A model generated the notes under the pieces. That model was not told where the DNA came from. It ran no database searches and saw only the letters and a list, made by a program, of their open reading frames with translations. Positions 21,654 to 32,420 of a stretch of 64,000 nucleotides of DNA are shown piece after piece. The number at the start of each line of letters is the position of its first letter. The first letter of the stretch is position 1. The position numbers and the translations under genes are program-made. Source of the DNA: an uncultured Spirochaetota bacterium (lineage in GTDB: Bacteria > Spirochaetota > Spirochaetia > SZUA-6 > Fen-1364); the NCBI GenBank assembly GCA_963734545.1, contig CAVTHO010000006.1, positions 320,001-384,000 on the forward strand, in the 5' to 3' direction.

Positions 21654-22751
21654 TCAATGGCCAGGACGCATCCGCATCGTGGTCTCCACGTCATAGAACA
21701 GGACCTTCTCGGGCTCGAAGGAAAACGAGACTGCCTGGTCGAGCTCCAGGCGCAGGCCCGCATCGCCGACTTTGAACACCAGGTCCCCCGCGCCCAGGGT
21801 GAGGGAGGCAAGGGTGAAATCTCCGAGCACCTCGAACGTGTGCACGCGGCTGTTGATGTACCCCGGGCGTCCCGCCGTCCCCACCAGCAGGTTCTTGGGA
21901 CGGATGCCGATGATGAACTTCGGCTTGTCGGGGACCGCAGGAAGGCGCAGGTCGCTCAGGGCCACTTTCTGTCCCGCGATCGAAAGCAGGTCCCGTCCGC
22001 CGTCTCTCACACGCTCGACGGGGAACGTGTTCATGGCCGGCTCGCCGACAAAGCCGGCCACGAAAAGGTTCTCCGGGGTATCGTAGATCTCCTCCGGAGT
22101 CCCGATCTGCTGCAGCTCGCCGTCGTTCATGACGATGATCCTGTCCGACATGGCAAGCGCTTCAAGCTGGTCATGCGTGACGAACAGGGCCGTGAGCTTC
22201 ATGAGCTTCTGCACCCTGCGGATCTCCCCGCGGAGCATGACGCGTTCGTTCGCATCCAGGTGCGAGAGGACCTCGTCCAGGAGAAAAACGGAGGCGGACC
22301 GCACCAGTGCGCGCGCGAGGCCGGTCCGCTGCTGCGCCCCGCCGCTCAGGGACGAGGGACGCTGATTCTTGTAGGCCGCGATTCCCAGGGAGTCGCACAT
22401 GGCGTTGACCTGGCGCTCGATCTCGCTCTCCGGGGTTTTTCGGATTCTCAGGGGATAGGCGATGTTCTCGAATACGGTGAGGTGCGGGTACAGCGCGTAG
22501 GACTCGAAGGCCATCGCGATATTGCGGTCGCCGGGCTCCAGCTCGTTCACCCTGATGCCGTCGATCAGGACATCGCCCCTCGATATCTCCTCCAGCCCCG
22601 CGATCATCCGCAGGGTGGACGTCTTCCCGCAGCCCGACGGCCCGAGCACGGAGATGAACTCCCCCTCGTTCACCGTCGCGGAGATCCCCTTCACCGCCTC
22701 GAAGTGGTTGTCGTAGATCTTCCAGACCTGTTTCAGCTCCACGGTTCCCAT
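21654..22751 (-). CDS. Sugar ABC transporter ATP-binding protein (MalK-like)
   Basis: GPSGCGKT, LSGGAQQR, VTHDQLEA, TOBE tail. Confidence 0.92.
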   Translation of the reverse strand: MGTVELKQVWKIYDNHFEAVKGISATVNEGEFISVLGPSGCGKTSTLRMIAGLEEISRGDVLIDGIRVNELEPGDRNIAMAFESYALYPHLTVFENIAYPLRIRKTPESEIERQVNAMCDSLGIAAYKNQRPSSLSGGAQQRTGLARALVRSASVFLLDEVLSHLDANERVMLRGEIRRVQKLMKLTALFVTHDQLEALAMSDRIIVMNDGELQQIGTPEEIYDTPENLFVAGFVGEPAMNTFPVERVRDGGRDLLSIAGQKVALSDLRLPAVPDKPKFIIGIRPKNLLVGTAGRPGYINSRVHTFEVLGDFTLASLTLGAGDLVFKVGDAGLRLELDQAVSFSFEPEKVLFYDVETTMRMRPGH

Positions 22752-22752
22752 G

Positions 22753-23844
22753 CTATGCCCCCGCTCCGATCCGCTCGCCGCTCGCGCCGTCGAAAAGGTA
22801 CACTGCGCGAGGGTCCAGTCGGATGAACACGCGCTGATTGATGTCGAAGCGCGTGCCACGCGGCGTGAGGACCTTTACGAGACTGTCGCCAACCATTATG
22901 GAATAGACCCTCGTGTCCTCAATCTGCTCGGAAACGTAGACGGAGCCCTCGATGCAGTTCTCCTCCTCCCGCTGCTGGAGCGCCGCGGTGAAATGACGGA
23001 ATCCCAGAACTACTTTTCCGCGCGCCGGCCCCGCGGAAACGCCCCGCAGGGAGACATTGCGGTCCCCAAAGGACAGGACCAGCCCGCCGTTTTCCGCGCG
23101 GGCGTCCTCGAAGCGAACGAGGTTCATGGGGGGCTCGCCCAGCAGGGTAGCAACGAATATGTTGCGGGGACGGGAGAACACTTCCTCGGGAGGGCCGATC
23201 TGCACCACCTTTCCCTTGTTCAGGATGACCACGGAGTCCGCAAGCGCCAGCGCCTCGCGGTAATCGTGGGTAACGTAGATCATGGTCTTGCCGAGGTCCT
23301 TGTGGATTCGCTTGAACTCGCCCCGCATCCGGTGCCGCAGCTTCGCATCCAGGTGCGCGATGGGTTCGTCCAGGAGGTAGATTTCCGCGTCCCGGATGAG
23401 ACAGCGCGCGAGAGCCGTTCTCTGTTTCTGGCCTCCGCTGATCTGGGAAGGGAGTTTCTCCAGGTGCTCATCGATGCCCAGAAGCTTCGCGGTCCGCTTC
23501 ACCCGGCCATCCAGCTCTTCCCGCGCCACCTTGCGCACCCTCAGAGGCGAAGCGATGTTTTCGTATACGGAGAACGTCGGGTACAGCGCGTAGTCCTCGA
23601 AGACCATCGAGATGTTGCGCTCCTGCGGGCTGATGGACCTGAGACTGGCGCCGTTCCTGATGACATCCCCCGAGGTCTCCTGGAGGATGCCGGCGATGAT
23701 TTTCAGTGTCGTGGTCTTGCCTGCACCGGAAGGCCCCAGGATCACGGTGAAGCTCCCTTCCACGCAGGAGAAGCTCACGTCATCTATTCCCTTGACCCTG
23801 CTGTACTGTTTTATGAGGTTCCTGATCTCGAGGTAATCAGCCAT
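22753..23844 (-). CDS. Second sugar ABC transporter ATP-binding protein
   Basis: GPSGAGKT, ISGGQKQR, LLDEPIAHLD. Confidence 0.92.
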   Translation of the reverse strand: MADYLEIRNLIKQYSRVKGIDDVSFSCVEGSFTVILGPSGAGKTTTLKIIAGILQETSGDVIRNGASLRSISPQERNISMVFEDYALYPTFSVYENIASPLRVRKVAREELDGRVKRTAKLLGIDEHLEKLPSQISGGQKQRTALARCLIRDAEIYLLDEPIAHLDAKLRHRMRGEFKRIHKDLGKTMIYVTHDYREALALADSVVILNKGKVVQIGPPEEVFSRPRNIFVATLLGEPPMNLVRFEDARAENGGLVLSFGDRNVSLRGVSAGPARGKVVLGFRHFTAALQQREEENCIEGSVYVSEQIEDTRVYSIMVGDSLVKVLTPRGTRFDINQRVFIRLDPRAVYLFDGASGERIGAGA

Positions 23845-23892
23845 CGCCGCGATCCTTTCGAGTCAGTAAAGAATGGCTTTCTAGATCGCGCT

Positions 23893-23956
23893 AGTATAGA
23901 GTTCGGAAAAGTCAAATGTCAAGCAAATTGATTTTGTTTCCTGAGAGAAGTAGAAT
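23893..23956. promoter_or_regulatory. Divergent sigma70-like promoters (ABC operon and deoM/deoK)
   Basis: Minus strand TTGACA(23922-17)-18 bp-TATACT(23898-93); plus strand TTGATT(23928)-17 bp-TAGAAT(23951). Confidence 0.55.
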
Positions 23957-24026
23957 ACGACGGCATGATACGCCGCCTCCGGGCCGCCCAGCGGGCTCGG
24001 AGTCCCTTGCATGAAGGGAGGACACA

Positions 24027-25106
24027 ATGACAGGACGGGTCAGCCTGGACAGGAGCGCGTTCACCGACCGGGAGAGGGTCCTCTGCGAGGCGGGCAGCCT
24101 GCGAGCCGTGTCCTTCCTCTTCTCCACGGGCGTCGCCGGATTGCGTCTCGAAAACTCCCGCGGGCACATCGTCGTGCTCCCCTGGCAGGGTCAGCAAGTC
24201 TGGGACGCCGTCTTCGACGGCCGCCGCCTGACCATGCAGACCGTTTTTCCCGAACCCGTGCCCACCGTCCACCTGCTGGACTCCTATGGTGCGTTCCTCT
24301 ACCACTGCGGCGCTCTGCGCATGGGGAACCCCGGGCCCCAGGACAGTCATCCTCTTCATGGCGAGCTCCCGACGGCTCCCTACCAGGAGGCATGGCTCAC
24401 CTTCGGTGAGGACGAGGCCGGAGCCTGGATGGGCGTCTCCGGCGCGTACAGCTACGCGAAGGCTTTCGGCGACAAGTACCGTGCGGTCCCGACAGTGAAG
24501 CTCCACGAGAAGGGGACCGTGCTCGACGTCTCCATGACGGTGGAGAACCTCGCGCACTTTCCCATGGACCTCATGTACATGTGCCACGTGAACTTCCTGC
24601 CTGCGAAAAACGGGGAGATCATCCAGGCCGCGGGGTGGGACACCCGGGACATGACCGTGCGTTCGAGCATCCCCGCCCACGTCAAGCCGACCCCGCAATT
24701 CCTCGCGTTCATGGAATCGCTTTCGAAGAATCCCGGCGTCACGCGGATCATGCGGCCCGAGGACGAGTACAACCCCGAGATCGTCTTCTACATCCGCAAC
24801 CTCAAGCGGGACCCGGGCGGCATGACGCACATGCTCCAGAAGCACCCGGACGGCTCTTCGGACTACGTCGGCTGGGACCCGAAGGTGCTCGATCACGCGG
24901 TACGATGGATCCTCGTGCACGCGGACCAGAAAGTGATGGGCATGGCGCTGCCGTCGACATGTGATCCGGAGGGCTACACGGCAGAGAAGCAGAAGGGCAA
25001 CGTGCGCAGCATTCCGGCCCTGGGAAGCGTCACGTTCGCCGTCAGAGCCGGGTACCTGGACGCCGGGGAAACCCGGAGGATGGAATCCGCGATCCGTTCA
25101 CTGTAA
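24027..25106 (+). CDS. Aldose 1-epimerase-like DUF4432 protein (deoxyribose mutarotase DeoM/DeoX-like)
   Basis: LPWQGQQVW, HPLHGELP, LMYMCHVNF, LPSTCDPEGYTAEK; adjacent to deoK-like kinase. Confidence 0.75.
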   Translation: MTGRVSLDRSAFTDRERVLCEAGSLRAVSFLFSTGVAGLRLENSRGHIVVLPWQGQQVWDAVFDGRRLTMQTVFPEPVPTVHLLDSYGAFLYHCGALRMGNPGPQDSHPLHGELPTAPYQEAWLTFGEDEAGAWMGVSGAYSYAKAFGDKYRAVPTVKLHEKGTVLDVSMTVENLAHFPMDLMYMCHVNFLPAKNGEIIQAAGWDTRDMTVRSSIPAHVKPTPQFLAFMESLSKNPGVTRIMRPEDEYNPEIVFYIRNLKRDPGGMTHMLQKHPDGSSDYVGWDPKVLDHAVRWILVHADQKVMGMALPSTCDPEGYTAEKQKGNVRSIPALGSVTFAVRAGYLDAGETRRMESAIRSL

Positions 25107-25136
25107 GACGTCCCCTGTAGCGATGGAGGAAGCAGA

Positions 25137-26058
25137 ATGGCCAGGCCGAGAATTACCGTCGTGGGAAGCAACATGGTCGATCTCATCACCTATATCCGCC
25201 GGATGCCGAAGGAGGGGGAGACCATCGAGGCCCCTCGATTCGAAATGGGCTTCGGCGGCAAGGGCGCCAACCAGGCGGTGGCGGCGGCGCTCCTCGGCGC
25301 CGAAGTGTGCATGGTGACCAAGGTCGGAGACGACCTGTTCGGGCCCAACACGAAAAAGAACTTCGAGCGCTACGGCATCGACACGAGCCACGTCGATATC
25401 GTGCCCGGAGTTTCGAGCGGGGTGGCTCCCATCTTCGTCGACGAGAAATCGCACAACAGCATCCTCATCATCAAGGGCGCCAACGCGCACCTCACACCGA
25501 AGGACGTGGACAGGGCGAAAGACAGGATCCTGAAGAAGCGACGTCGTGATCATGCAGCTCGAGATCAGCCTGGAGACCGTCTACCACACCATCGAGCTGT
25601 GCGCTTCGCGGAAGGTCCCCGTCATCCTGAATCCCGCGCCCGGGGACCCGGCGCTCGACGTGGGTAAGATTCGAAGCGTCTCCTTCTTCGCTCCGAACGA
25701 GACCGAGCTGCAGACGCTCACCGGCCTGCCGACGGGAAGCCTCGAAGAGGTGAAGGCCGCGGCGCGAACCCTCCTGGCCAAAGGGCTTCCGAAGATCATC
25801 GTGACTCTCGGGGAGAAAGGCTGCCTGCTCCTTACGGCGGAAGGGGAAACGCTCGTGCCGGGCTTCCGCGTGGCGAGCATGGACACCACCGGCGCCGGTG
25901 ACGCGTTCATCGGCTGTTTTGCCGTGTACTTCGTCGAGACCCGGGACGTCGCGAAAGCCCTGGAAACCGCCAACCGGTACGCGGCTCTTTCGACGATGAA
26001 GCCCGGGACGCAGAAGTCCTTCATTGACCGCAAGGGCTTCGAGGCGGCAGACCGGTAA
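25137..26058 (+). CDS. deoK: Ribokinase family, deoxyribokinase-like (frameshift near 25538)
   Basis: VVGSNMVDLITY..MPKEGET..GGKGANQAVAA..SSGVAPIFV..NSILIIKGAN resembles enterobacterial DeoK; DTTGAGDAF PfkB motif. Confidence 0.75.
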
Positions 26059-26446
26059 GGGGAAAAGGGGCGCGCCGCCGCCGTGCAGGACAGGCATTCA
26101 TCGCCCACTCTGAAACCCAGGGACCACCTCGTTCTCCTCCTCCCCTTTCTGCTTATCAAAGGCATCGGTGAGATCAGCTCGATCCCCACGGCTGCCGCTG
26201 TTGCAGGCGCGTACTTTGCGCGGGACGGAAAGCTCAGATCCAGCCTTCCTCTGGAGGGAACGCCGTACAGCAGGTGAGGACAATCGATTGATCGGGACAC
26301 GACCGTCCTTGTTTCCACGAGGGAGGTGTGCCGTTAACGGTTCGAGTCCGGCCTGGGGAGCAGGATTGGACAGGCAGCTCCGGGATCCGGGGCTGCCTTT
26401 TTTGTTTCCCAGGGTGATCCTAACAACAGCGTCATCCGCGGCTATG

Positions 26447-26476
26447 TTGACCGCGGAGAATGGCGGCTCCTATAAT
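26447..26476 (+). promoter_or_regulatory. Sigma70 promoter; likely leaderless mRNA
   Basis: TTGACC-18 bp-TATAAT, ATG 6 nt downstream, no RBS. Confidence 0.65.
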
Positions 26477-26482
26477 GGATCG

Positions 26483-29138
26483 ATGTCCGAGCCGATATTG
26501 GCCACCAAACTCCATATCCCCGCGCCCCGGCCGAAAGCGGTCCCTCGCCCCCGATTGATCGAGCGGTTGAACGAGGGCCTTCACCAGAAACTGACGCTCA
26601 TCTCGGCCCCCGCCGGTTTCGGCAAGACCACGCTGGTCAGCGAATGGATCGCCGGCAGCAGGCAGCCGGCCGCCTGGCTTTCGCTGGACGAAGGGGACAG
26701 CGATCCGACCCGCTTTCTGGCCTATCTGGTCGCTGCGTTGCGGTCCGTCGCGGCAAATATCGGAGAAGGAATATCCGCCGTTCTCCAGTCCCCTCAATCG
26801 CCGCCGACGGAATCGATCCTGACGGCCCTGCTCAATGAAATCGCCGCCATCCCGGAAACCTTCATCATCGTCCTCGACGACTATCACGTCATCGATGCCA
26901 AGCCGGTCGAGGATGCCCTCGCCTTCCTGCTCGAGCACCTGCCGCCGCGGATGCACCTCGTCATCGCCACCCGCGAGGATCCCCGGCTGCCCCTGGCCCG
27001 GCTGCGCGCCCGGGGGCAGATGGCCGAGCTGCGCGCCGCGGACCTGCGCTTCACCCCCGCCGAAACCACCGAGTTCCTCAATCGGATGATGGGGTTGGGC
27101 CTCGCGGCGGAAGACATCGCCGCGCTGGAAACCCGGACCGAGGGTTGGATCGCCGGCCTGCAACTGGCCGCGATCTCAATGCGGGGACATGACGATGCCT
27201 CAGGCTTCATCAGATCGTTCACCGGCAGCCACGGTTTCGTTCTGGATTACCTGGTGGAAGAAGTCCTGGAACGGCAGCCCGAGAGCGTCCAGACTTTCCT
27301 TCTGCGCACGTCGATCCTCGAACGCCTGTGCGGTCCCCTGTGCGACGCCGTCCTGCCCGGCTCCTCCGCCTCCGGCCAGGCGACCCTGGAATACCTCGAA
27401 CACGCCAACCTGTTCATCGTTTCCCTCGACAATGAGCGGCGCTGGTACCGCTATCACCATCTTTTCGCGGAATTGCTGAGGCAGCGGCAGCAAAGGAACG
27501 CCGAATCGACGGCCGAGCTGCACGATCTGCGCCAGCCAGTGGTACGAAGACAATGGCCTGGAAATCGATGCATTCCACCATGCCGCCGCCGCCAACGACA
27601 TCGAGCGGGCGGAGCGCCTGATCGAAGGAAAGGGGATGCCCCTGTACTTCCGCGGCGCCATGGCCCCGGTCCTTCACTGGCTGGAGTCGCTGCCGGCCCC
27701 GGTCCTGGATGCCAGGCCTTCGCTGTGGGTGACGTACGCCTCGTCGTTGATGATGTCGGGCAAACCGGGCGGCGTCGAACCGAAATTGCAGGCCGCCGAA
27801 GCCGCGCTCACAAAGCGCCGAGCCGGACGGCACGACGCGGAACCTCGTCGGACACATCGCCGCCCTGCGGGCCTTGCTGGCCGCCACCCGGAACGAGGCG
27901 GAAACCATGATTGCCCAGTCGCGCCGCGCGCTGGAGTATCTGCATCCCGAAAACCTGTCCGTCCGCACCATCACGTCCCTGACGCTGGGGATCGCCCATC
28001 AGCTCCAGGGAGACCGCGCCGCGGCCGGCCGGGCTTTTGCCGAAGCCATGGCCATCGGCCAGGCGTCCGGGAACATGATGATCGCCGCGGCGGCCGCGTC
28101 CTCTCTTGGCCAGGTGCAGGAATCGGAAAATCAGCTCCATCAGGCGGCAGAGACCTACCGGCGCCTCCTGTCGATGGTCGGCGATCCTGCGCATATGGCT
28201 ACCTGCGAAGCGCACCACGGCCTGGCCCGGATATTCTACGAATGGAACGACCTGGATGCCGCCGAGCAGCACGCGCAGCAGTGCGCCCGACTGGCGCAGC
28301 AGATAGAATGCGACACACTCCGTTGCCTGCGAGGTGCTGCTTGCCCGCCTCAGGCTTGCGCGGGGAGATCCGGCCGGCGCGGCTGCCCTGTTGGCCAAGG
28401 CCGGCGAGACCGCCCGCGGGTCGAACTTCGTCAACCAGATCCCTCACATCGCCGCGGCGCAAGTACATGCGCTGCTTCACCAGGGCAATCCCGCGGCGGC
28501 CGCTCAGGTGGCGCAATCCCATGACATACCCATGAGCCAGGCCCGGGTCATGCTGGCGCGGGGGGACACCGCCGCGGCGCTTGCGCTTTTGGAGCCGATA
28601 CGCGGACAGATGGATGCAAAGTGCTGGCACGATGAGCGGCTGAAGATAATGATCCTGCAGGCGTTGGCGCTCCATGCGCAAGGCGATACGGACGACGCAC
28701 TGCGGCACCTGGGCGACGCGCTCGCGCTGGCACAGCCCGGCGGCTTCATCCGCATCTTCGTGGACGAGGGTCCGCGAATGGCCAGTCTGTTGTCCGAAGC
28801 GGCCGCGAACGGGATCATGCCGGACTATGCGACAAAGTTGCAGGATGGCATTCGAGGCCGAGGAGCGGAAGATCGAGGACGAATCCGATCCGCACCATTC
28901 CCAGGGCCTCGTCGAGCCATTGAGCCGACGGGAGTTGGAAGTATTGCGCCTTGTCGCGCAAGGGCTCTCGAACCACGAGATAAGCGAGCGGCTTTTCCTC
29001 GCCTTGAGCACGGTGAAAGGGCACAATCTGAAGATTTTCGAAAAGTTGCAGGTAAAAAGGCGCACCGAAGCCATAGCCCGCGCCCGCGAACTGGGCCTGC
29101 TGCGGTCGAAAGCACTAGAACTTCTTCATAACCCATAA
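26483..29138 (+). CDS. MalT-like STAND ATPase / LuxR transcriptional regulator (several frameshifts)
   Basis: ILATKLHIP, APAGFGKTT, VLDDYH, RTEGWIAGLQL, YRYHHLF; C-terminal LSRRELEVL...TVKGH. Confidence 0.88.
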
Positions 29139-29204
29139 AACAGTACCTCAAACAATACTTAAGTCTCTATGTCGCGATGCGGTCCCGCGGATAGTCTCCG
29201 CACC

Positions 29205-29429
29205 ATGATCTATCAGATCAGGATCAAGGGCCTTCTGGATCGTCAGTGGACGGACTGGTTCGGCGGCATGACCATCTCTCCGACGGAAGACGGCGACACC
29301 CTGTTGACCGGCCCGGTCGAGGATCAGGCCGCGCTGCACGGGCTGCTGAAAAAGGTGCGGGATTTGGGAATGCCATTGATCTCGGTCGGCCCCATCGAGC
29401 CCGACCGGAGGAGGGAAGCGATGAAGTAG
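29205..29429 (+). CDS. Small conserved hypothetical protein (ACT-like) following the MalT-like regulator
   Basis: YQIRIKGLLDRQWTDWFGGM...DQAALHGLLKKVRDLGMPLISV. Confidence 0.7.
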   Translation: MIYQIRIKGLLDRQWTDWFGGMTISPTEDGDTLLTGPVEDQAALHGLLKKVRDLGMPLISVGPIEPDRRREAMK

Positions 29430-29510
29430 AATCCACTGCCCGCAAGAATCAGTAGAGCAAACTTTCAAAAACAAACCAAGGAGGAAAAGAGATGACAAAC
29501 GAGCAAATCA

Positions 29511-29927
29511 ATGGATAGGAAAGTGCTTCTTTCCACGCTCTGGATATTCGCGATGTTCAATTATCTTTACGCGGATGTGTACACGCTGTTCTTCAATCCC
29601 GTGCTTCAGAAAGAATTGTGGCAGAAATTCGCGGAAGGATTCGCCGGCTCCATTCCAATCACCCAGGGATTCGTGTTGATGACAGCGGTACTGATGGAAA
29701 CGGCGATTGCCATGGTCATCCTGTCCCGGGTATTGAAGTATGGAGCGAATCGCTGGGTGAATATTATCTCCGGCGCATTCCATACTCTGTTCGTCTTCTG
29801 GTCGCTGATCGGGGACCCGGTAAGTCTTTTCTATGTCTTTTTTGCAGTCATAGAAATGGCGTGCACCCTGCTCATCGTCTGGCTGGCAATAAGGTGGAAA
29901 CCGGCGGTAGAGTCCGCGGTCCGCTGA
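29511..29927 (+). CDS. DUF6326-like membrane protein
   Basis: LSTLWIFAMFNYLYADV...NRWVNII...FFAVIE; 4 TM helices. Confidence 0.75.
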   Translation: MDRKVLLSTLWIFAMFNYLYADVYTLFFNPVLQKELWQKFAEGFAGSIPITQGFVLMTAVLMETAIAMVILSRVLKYGANRWVNIISGAFHTLFVFWSLIGDPVSLFYVFFAVIEMACTLLIVWLAIRWKPAVESAVR

Positions 29928-29999
29928 TAAGACAAGACACAGATGCAAAGAGCCGGAATGGCGACAAACCGGCTCTTTGATTGCATACGCCACCATACT

Positions 30000-30200
30000 G
30001 GGAGGCATTTCGGCGGTAGAACGCCTCCTCAATTTCCCCGTCCAGCCTGTCCAGGTAGATTTGGTCGATCCGGTTCTGGAGCTTGGTGCCCGCAGCTCCG
30101 TAGCCCAGATTCTGAAGAACCCCTTCTACACGGGAGACTTCCTGTGGAACGGCGCCCCGATCATCCGCCAGATGTTCGAGCAGTACGCAACTGGGGAAGT
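30000..30200. pseudogene. Scrambled large serine recombinase fragments
   Basis: Minus strand KLQNRIDQIYLDRLDGEIEEAFYRR; plus strand SVAQILKNPFYTGDFLWNG then APIIRQMFEQYATG. Confidence 0.65.
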
Positions 30201-30428
30201 GCGGTGCGCGTCAGGAATCGACCGGAATACTCGAATACCTGAGGCTGTGGTGTGATGTCTCAATGCGGATATGTGAGGAGAACTACTCAGGTTGTCCCGT
30301 GCCGGGAAATCGGCGATTCAAATAAAACGGGGATTCCTGACGATATCACGGCCCCCTCCAGGCGGCGACTATGTGGCCATGACGTCGACGCCTGGCAACA
30401 GCCTGGACTTCGACGCAAGGAGGCTGTC

Positions 30429-30663
30429 ATGAGTCATTCGCTGGTGTGGATCTCAAACGCTGGTCTTCTCCGTGTTCCTGGGCGCAGTGATCCTCTTGAG
30501 CTGGATCAGTTTCGTACGGAAGATCATCACGGGGCGGCGTTCGCGCCAGGTTGAGGGGACCTCGTCCGTGATGGAATATCCACCGTCCGACGATCCCTAC
30601 ATGCCCTACATGCCCTTCATGCTCGAAGATTTCCTTTCCCACTTCGAGGACTTGGACTTCTGA
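30429..30663 (+). CDS. Small hypothetical membrane protein (probable frameshift near 30457)
   Basis: AGGAGG RBS before ATG 30429; one TM helix and an acidic tail. Confidence 0.4.
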
Positions 30664-30681
30664 GACATCGAGGCAGAAGAC

Positions 30682-32307
30682 ATGGACCAATCCGAGTTCT
30701 CAGCCGTTGTCGAGCACTACTACGAGCATCCCGAGCCGGGACGCGTGGTCGATGCGCTGGAGTGGGTGGGCACCGTTGCCAGGCCGGAGGATGCGGTCGG
30801 TGTCGTCTACTTCTTCGCCCGGGTGGGAATGAGCAACCCAGGGATACTCAAGGGGTTTCGCGGGCTGCTGGAGAGAGGACCCACCGAGGCCGGGGAGTTC
30901 ACGCGGGCGGTCCTTCGACTCCTGGAAGGTCGAGGAACAAAGGCGGCGCTGCTCTCCGCGATCCGGGAAAGCGTGGGCGAGGAGACGCGGGCGCTGCAGG
31001 CTTCCCTGGCAAAACTGTCGGGGCCCTCGACTGCAAAGGCAGATCCGCCCGTGGTTGCTCGGATCGAGATGGACTGCACCTGGGGTGAGTTCTACCTCAC
31101 CGGGGATCCCCGTACCGTGCTGCCCATTATCTACGTCCTGGGCTGGCCGGACCTCCTTGGGGCGAAACTAGGCGAGTGGAAGCGCGCCCATTCCGCCGGG
31201 AGGGCGGCCAGACTCGTGAGAGCTCTGCGTGAGAGAGATTTCGATCCGAGCTCAGAGGACCTCGATCTGAGCGCCACGACCCTCTGCATGACGCCATCGC
31301 CGGACCGGTTCGCGGCCGTTTGCAGGGCGCTTCCGTTCCCTCTTGCGTCAGCGGACCTGCAATACATCGCGGCGAAAACCGCTGCGCTGTGGTCAGTGCG
31401 GTCACACGCGGAGAGCCATGCGAGGATTCGCCGCCTCTGCGGTGAGGCGGCAGTCGATGAGCGTGCCCGCCGACGCCTCCAGGAAATCCTCGCCGATCTC
31501 AGCTTTGCATGGGATTGCGACGATGACGCAGCGCGTGGAGCGTCTGACGCCCAGGTGGCGACGTTGGGCGCGCGGGATCTTGCCTGGTTGGCCTGTCCCA
31601 TGGACGCGGGTGCAGGCAGGTTCCTGGGAATCCCTGCTGCCCGCGAGGTCGCCGAGGTCTGCGCGAGCAACGTTCTGGCTGCTTCCTCTTACCTCACCTG
31701 GGTAGCGATCACCAGCCCCGGTGATGAGGGAAAACTGGAATACCGCATAGGGATCGCACACGGCGGACGGGCCCGGGTGGCGCGCCGGGCGCTGCCGGAC
31801 GACGACTACGATGGATGGGTCACCATCGGCGAAAGGCACTGGCCCTTTGGACTCATACCCAGTATTCGGGAACAGGAGACTCGTGAGACGCAGGCCTTGA
31901 GCGTTGAGAGGTTCGCAGAGGTGCTCAGACACGAAGAGCCTCGGACAGTCCAAACGCATTGTCAGGATGACGTGAGCTTCACGGTGCTCACCTACGTGCT
32001 CGATGAAATGCCCGGCGCGCGGTCTTTGGAGGATCTTCCCTCAAGCGCGTGCAGGATCGAGCTCTGGGTACATGAGCCGAGCAAGGTGCTCGCGCGGGCG
32101 GTCCTGGACTCCGCACTCGTTGCGCCGGAGGGGGACGCCGCAGCCATCCACGTGGTGCAGGCGTTCGCCGCCTTCGACAACGCCATTCGAATCGAGTCGC
32201 CGAGCTCAGTCCTGCAGATGAAGCAGGGATTGTGGAGTCGATTCCGCTCCCTGCCGAGGGGCATCATGGAAAGGTTGAGTCAGTGGACAGCTTCCTGGGG
32301 AGCCTGA
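30682..32307 (+). CDS. Hypothetical protein, 541 aa
   Basis: Long ORF with GAGG RBS; no recognisable family. Confidence 0.55.
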   Translation: MDQSEFSAVVEHYYEHPEPGRVVDALEWVGTVARPEDAVGVVYFFARVGMSNPGILKGFRGLLERGPTEAGEFTRAVLRLLEGRGTKAALLSAIRESVGEETRALQASLAKLSGPSTAKADPPVVARIEMDCTWGEFYLTGDPRTVLPIIYVLGWPDLLGAKLGEWKRAHSAGRAARLVRALRERDFDPSSEDLDLSATTLCMTPSPDRFAAVCRALPFPLASADLQYIAAKTAALWSVRSHAESHARIRRLCGEAAVDERARRRLQEILADLSFAWDCDDDAARGASDAQVATLGARDLAWLACPMDAGAGRFLGIPAAREVAEVCASNVLAASSYLTWVAITSPGDEGKLEYRIGIAHGGRARVARRALPDDDYDGWVTIGERHWPFGLIPSIREQETRETQALSVERFAEVLRHEEPRTVQTHCQDDVSFTVLTYVLDEMPGARSLEDLPSSACRIELWVHEPSKVLARAVLDSALVAPEGDAAAIHVVQAFAAFDNAIRIESPSSVLQMKQGLWSRFRSLPRGIMERLSQWTASWGA

Positions 32308-32420
32308 GAGTTGAAAGTTGACCGGCCTACCCAACCGCTGTACCCTACATCGTGAGCTCCGGTCACCGGCGCTGTCTGGATCGTCACCCAAAAACCACCA
32401 GGAATCGTGAGGCCTGAGGA

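Noticed and set aside
26083-26440. Possible riboswitch or ncRNA upstream of the MalT-like gene
   Set aside because: No known aptamer consensus seen, and the gene's promoter lies downstream of this stretch.
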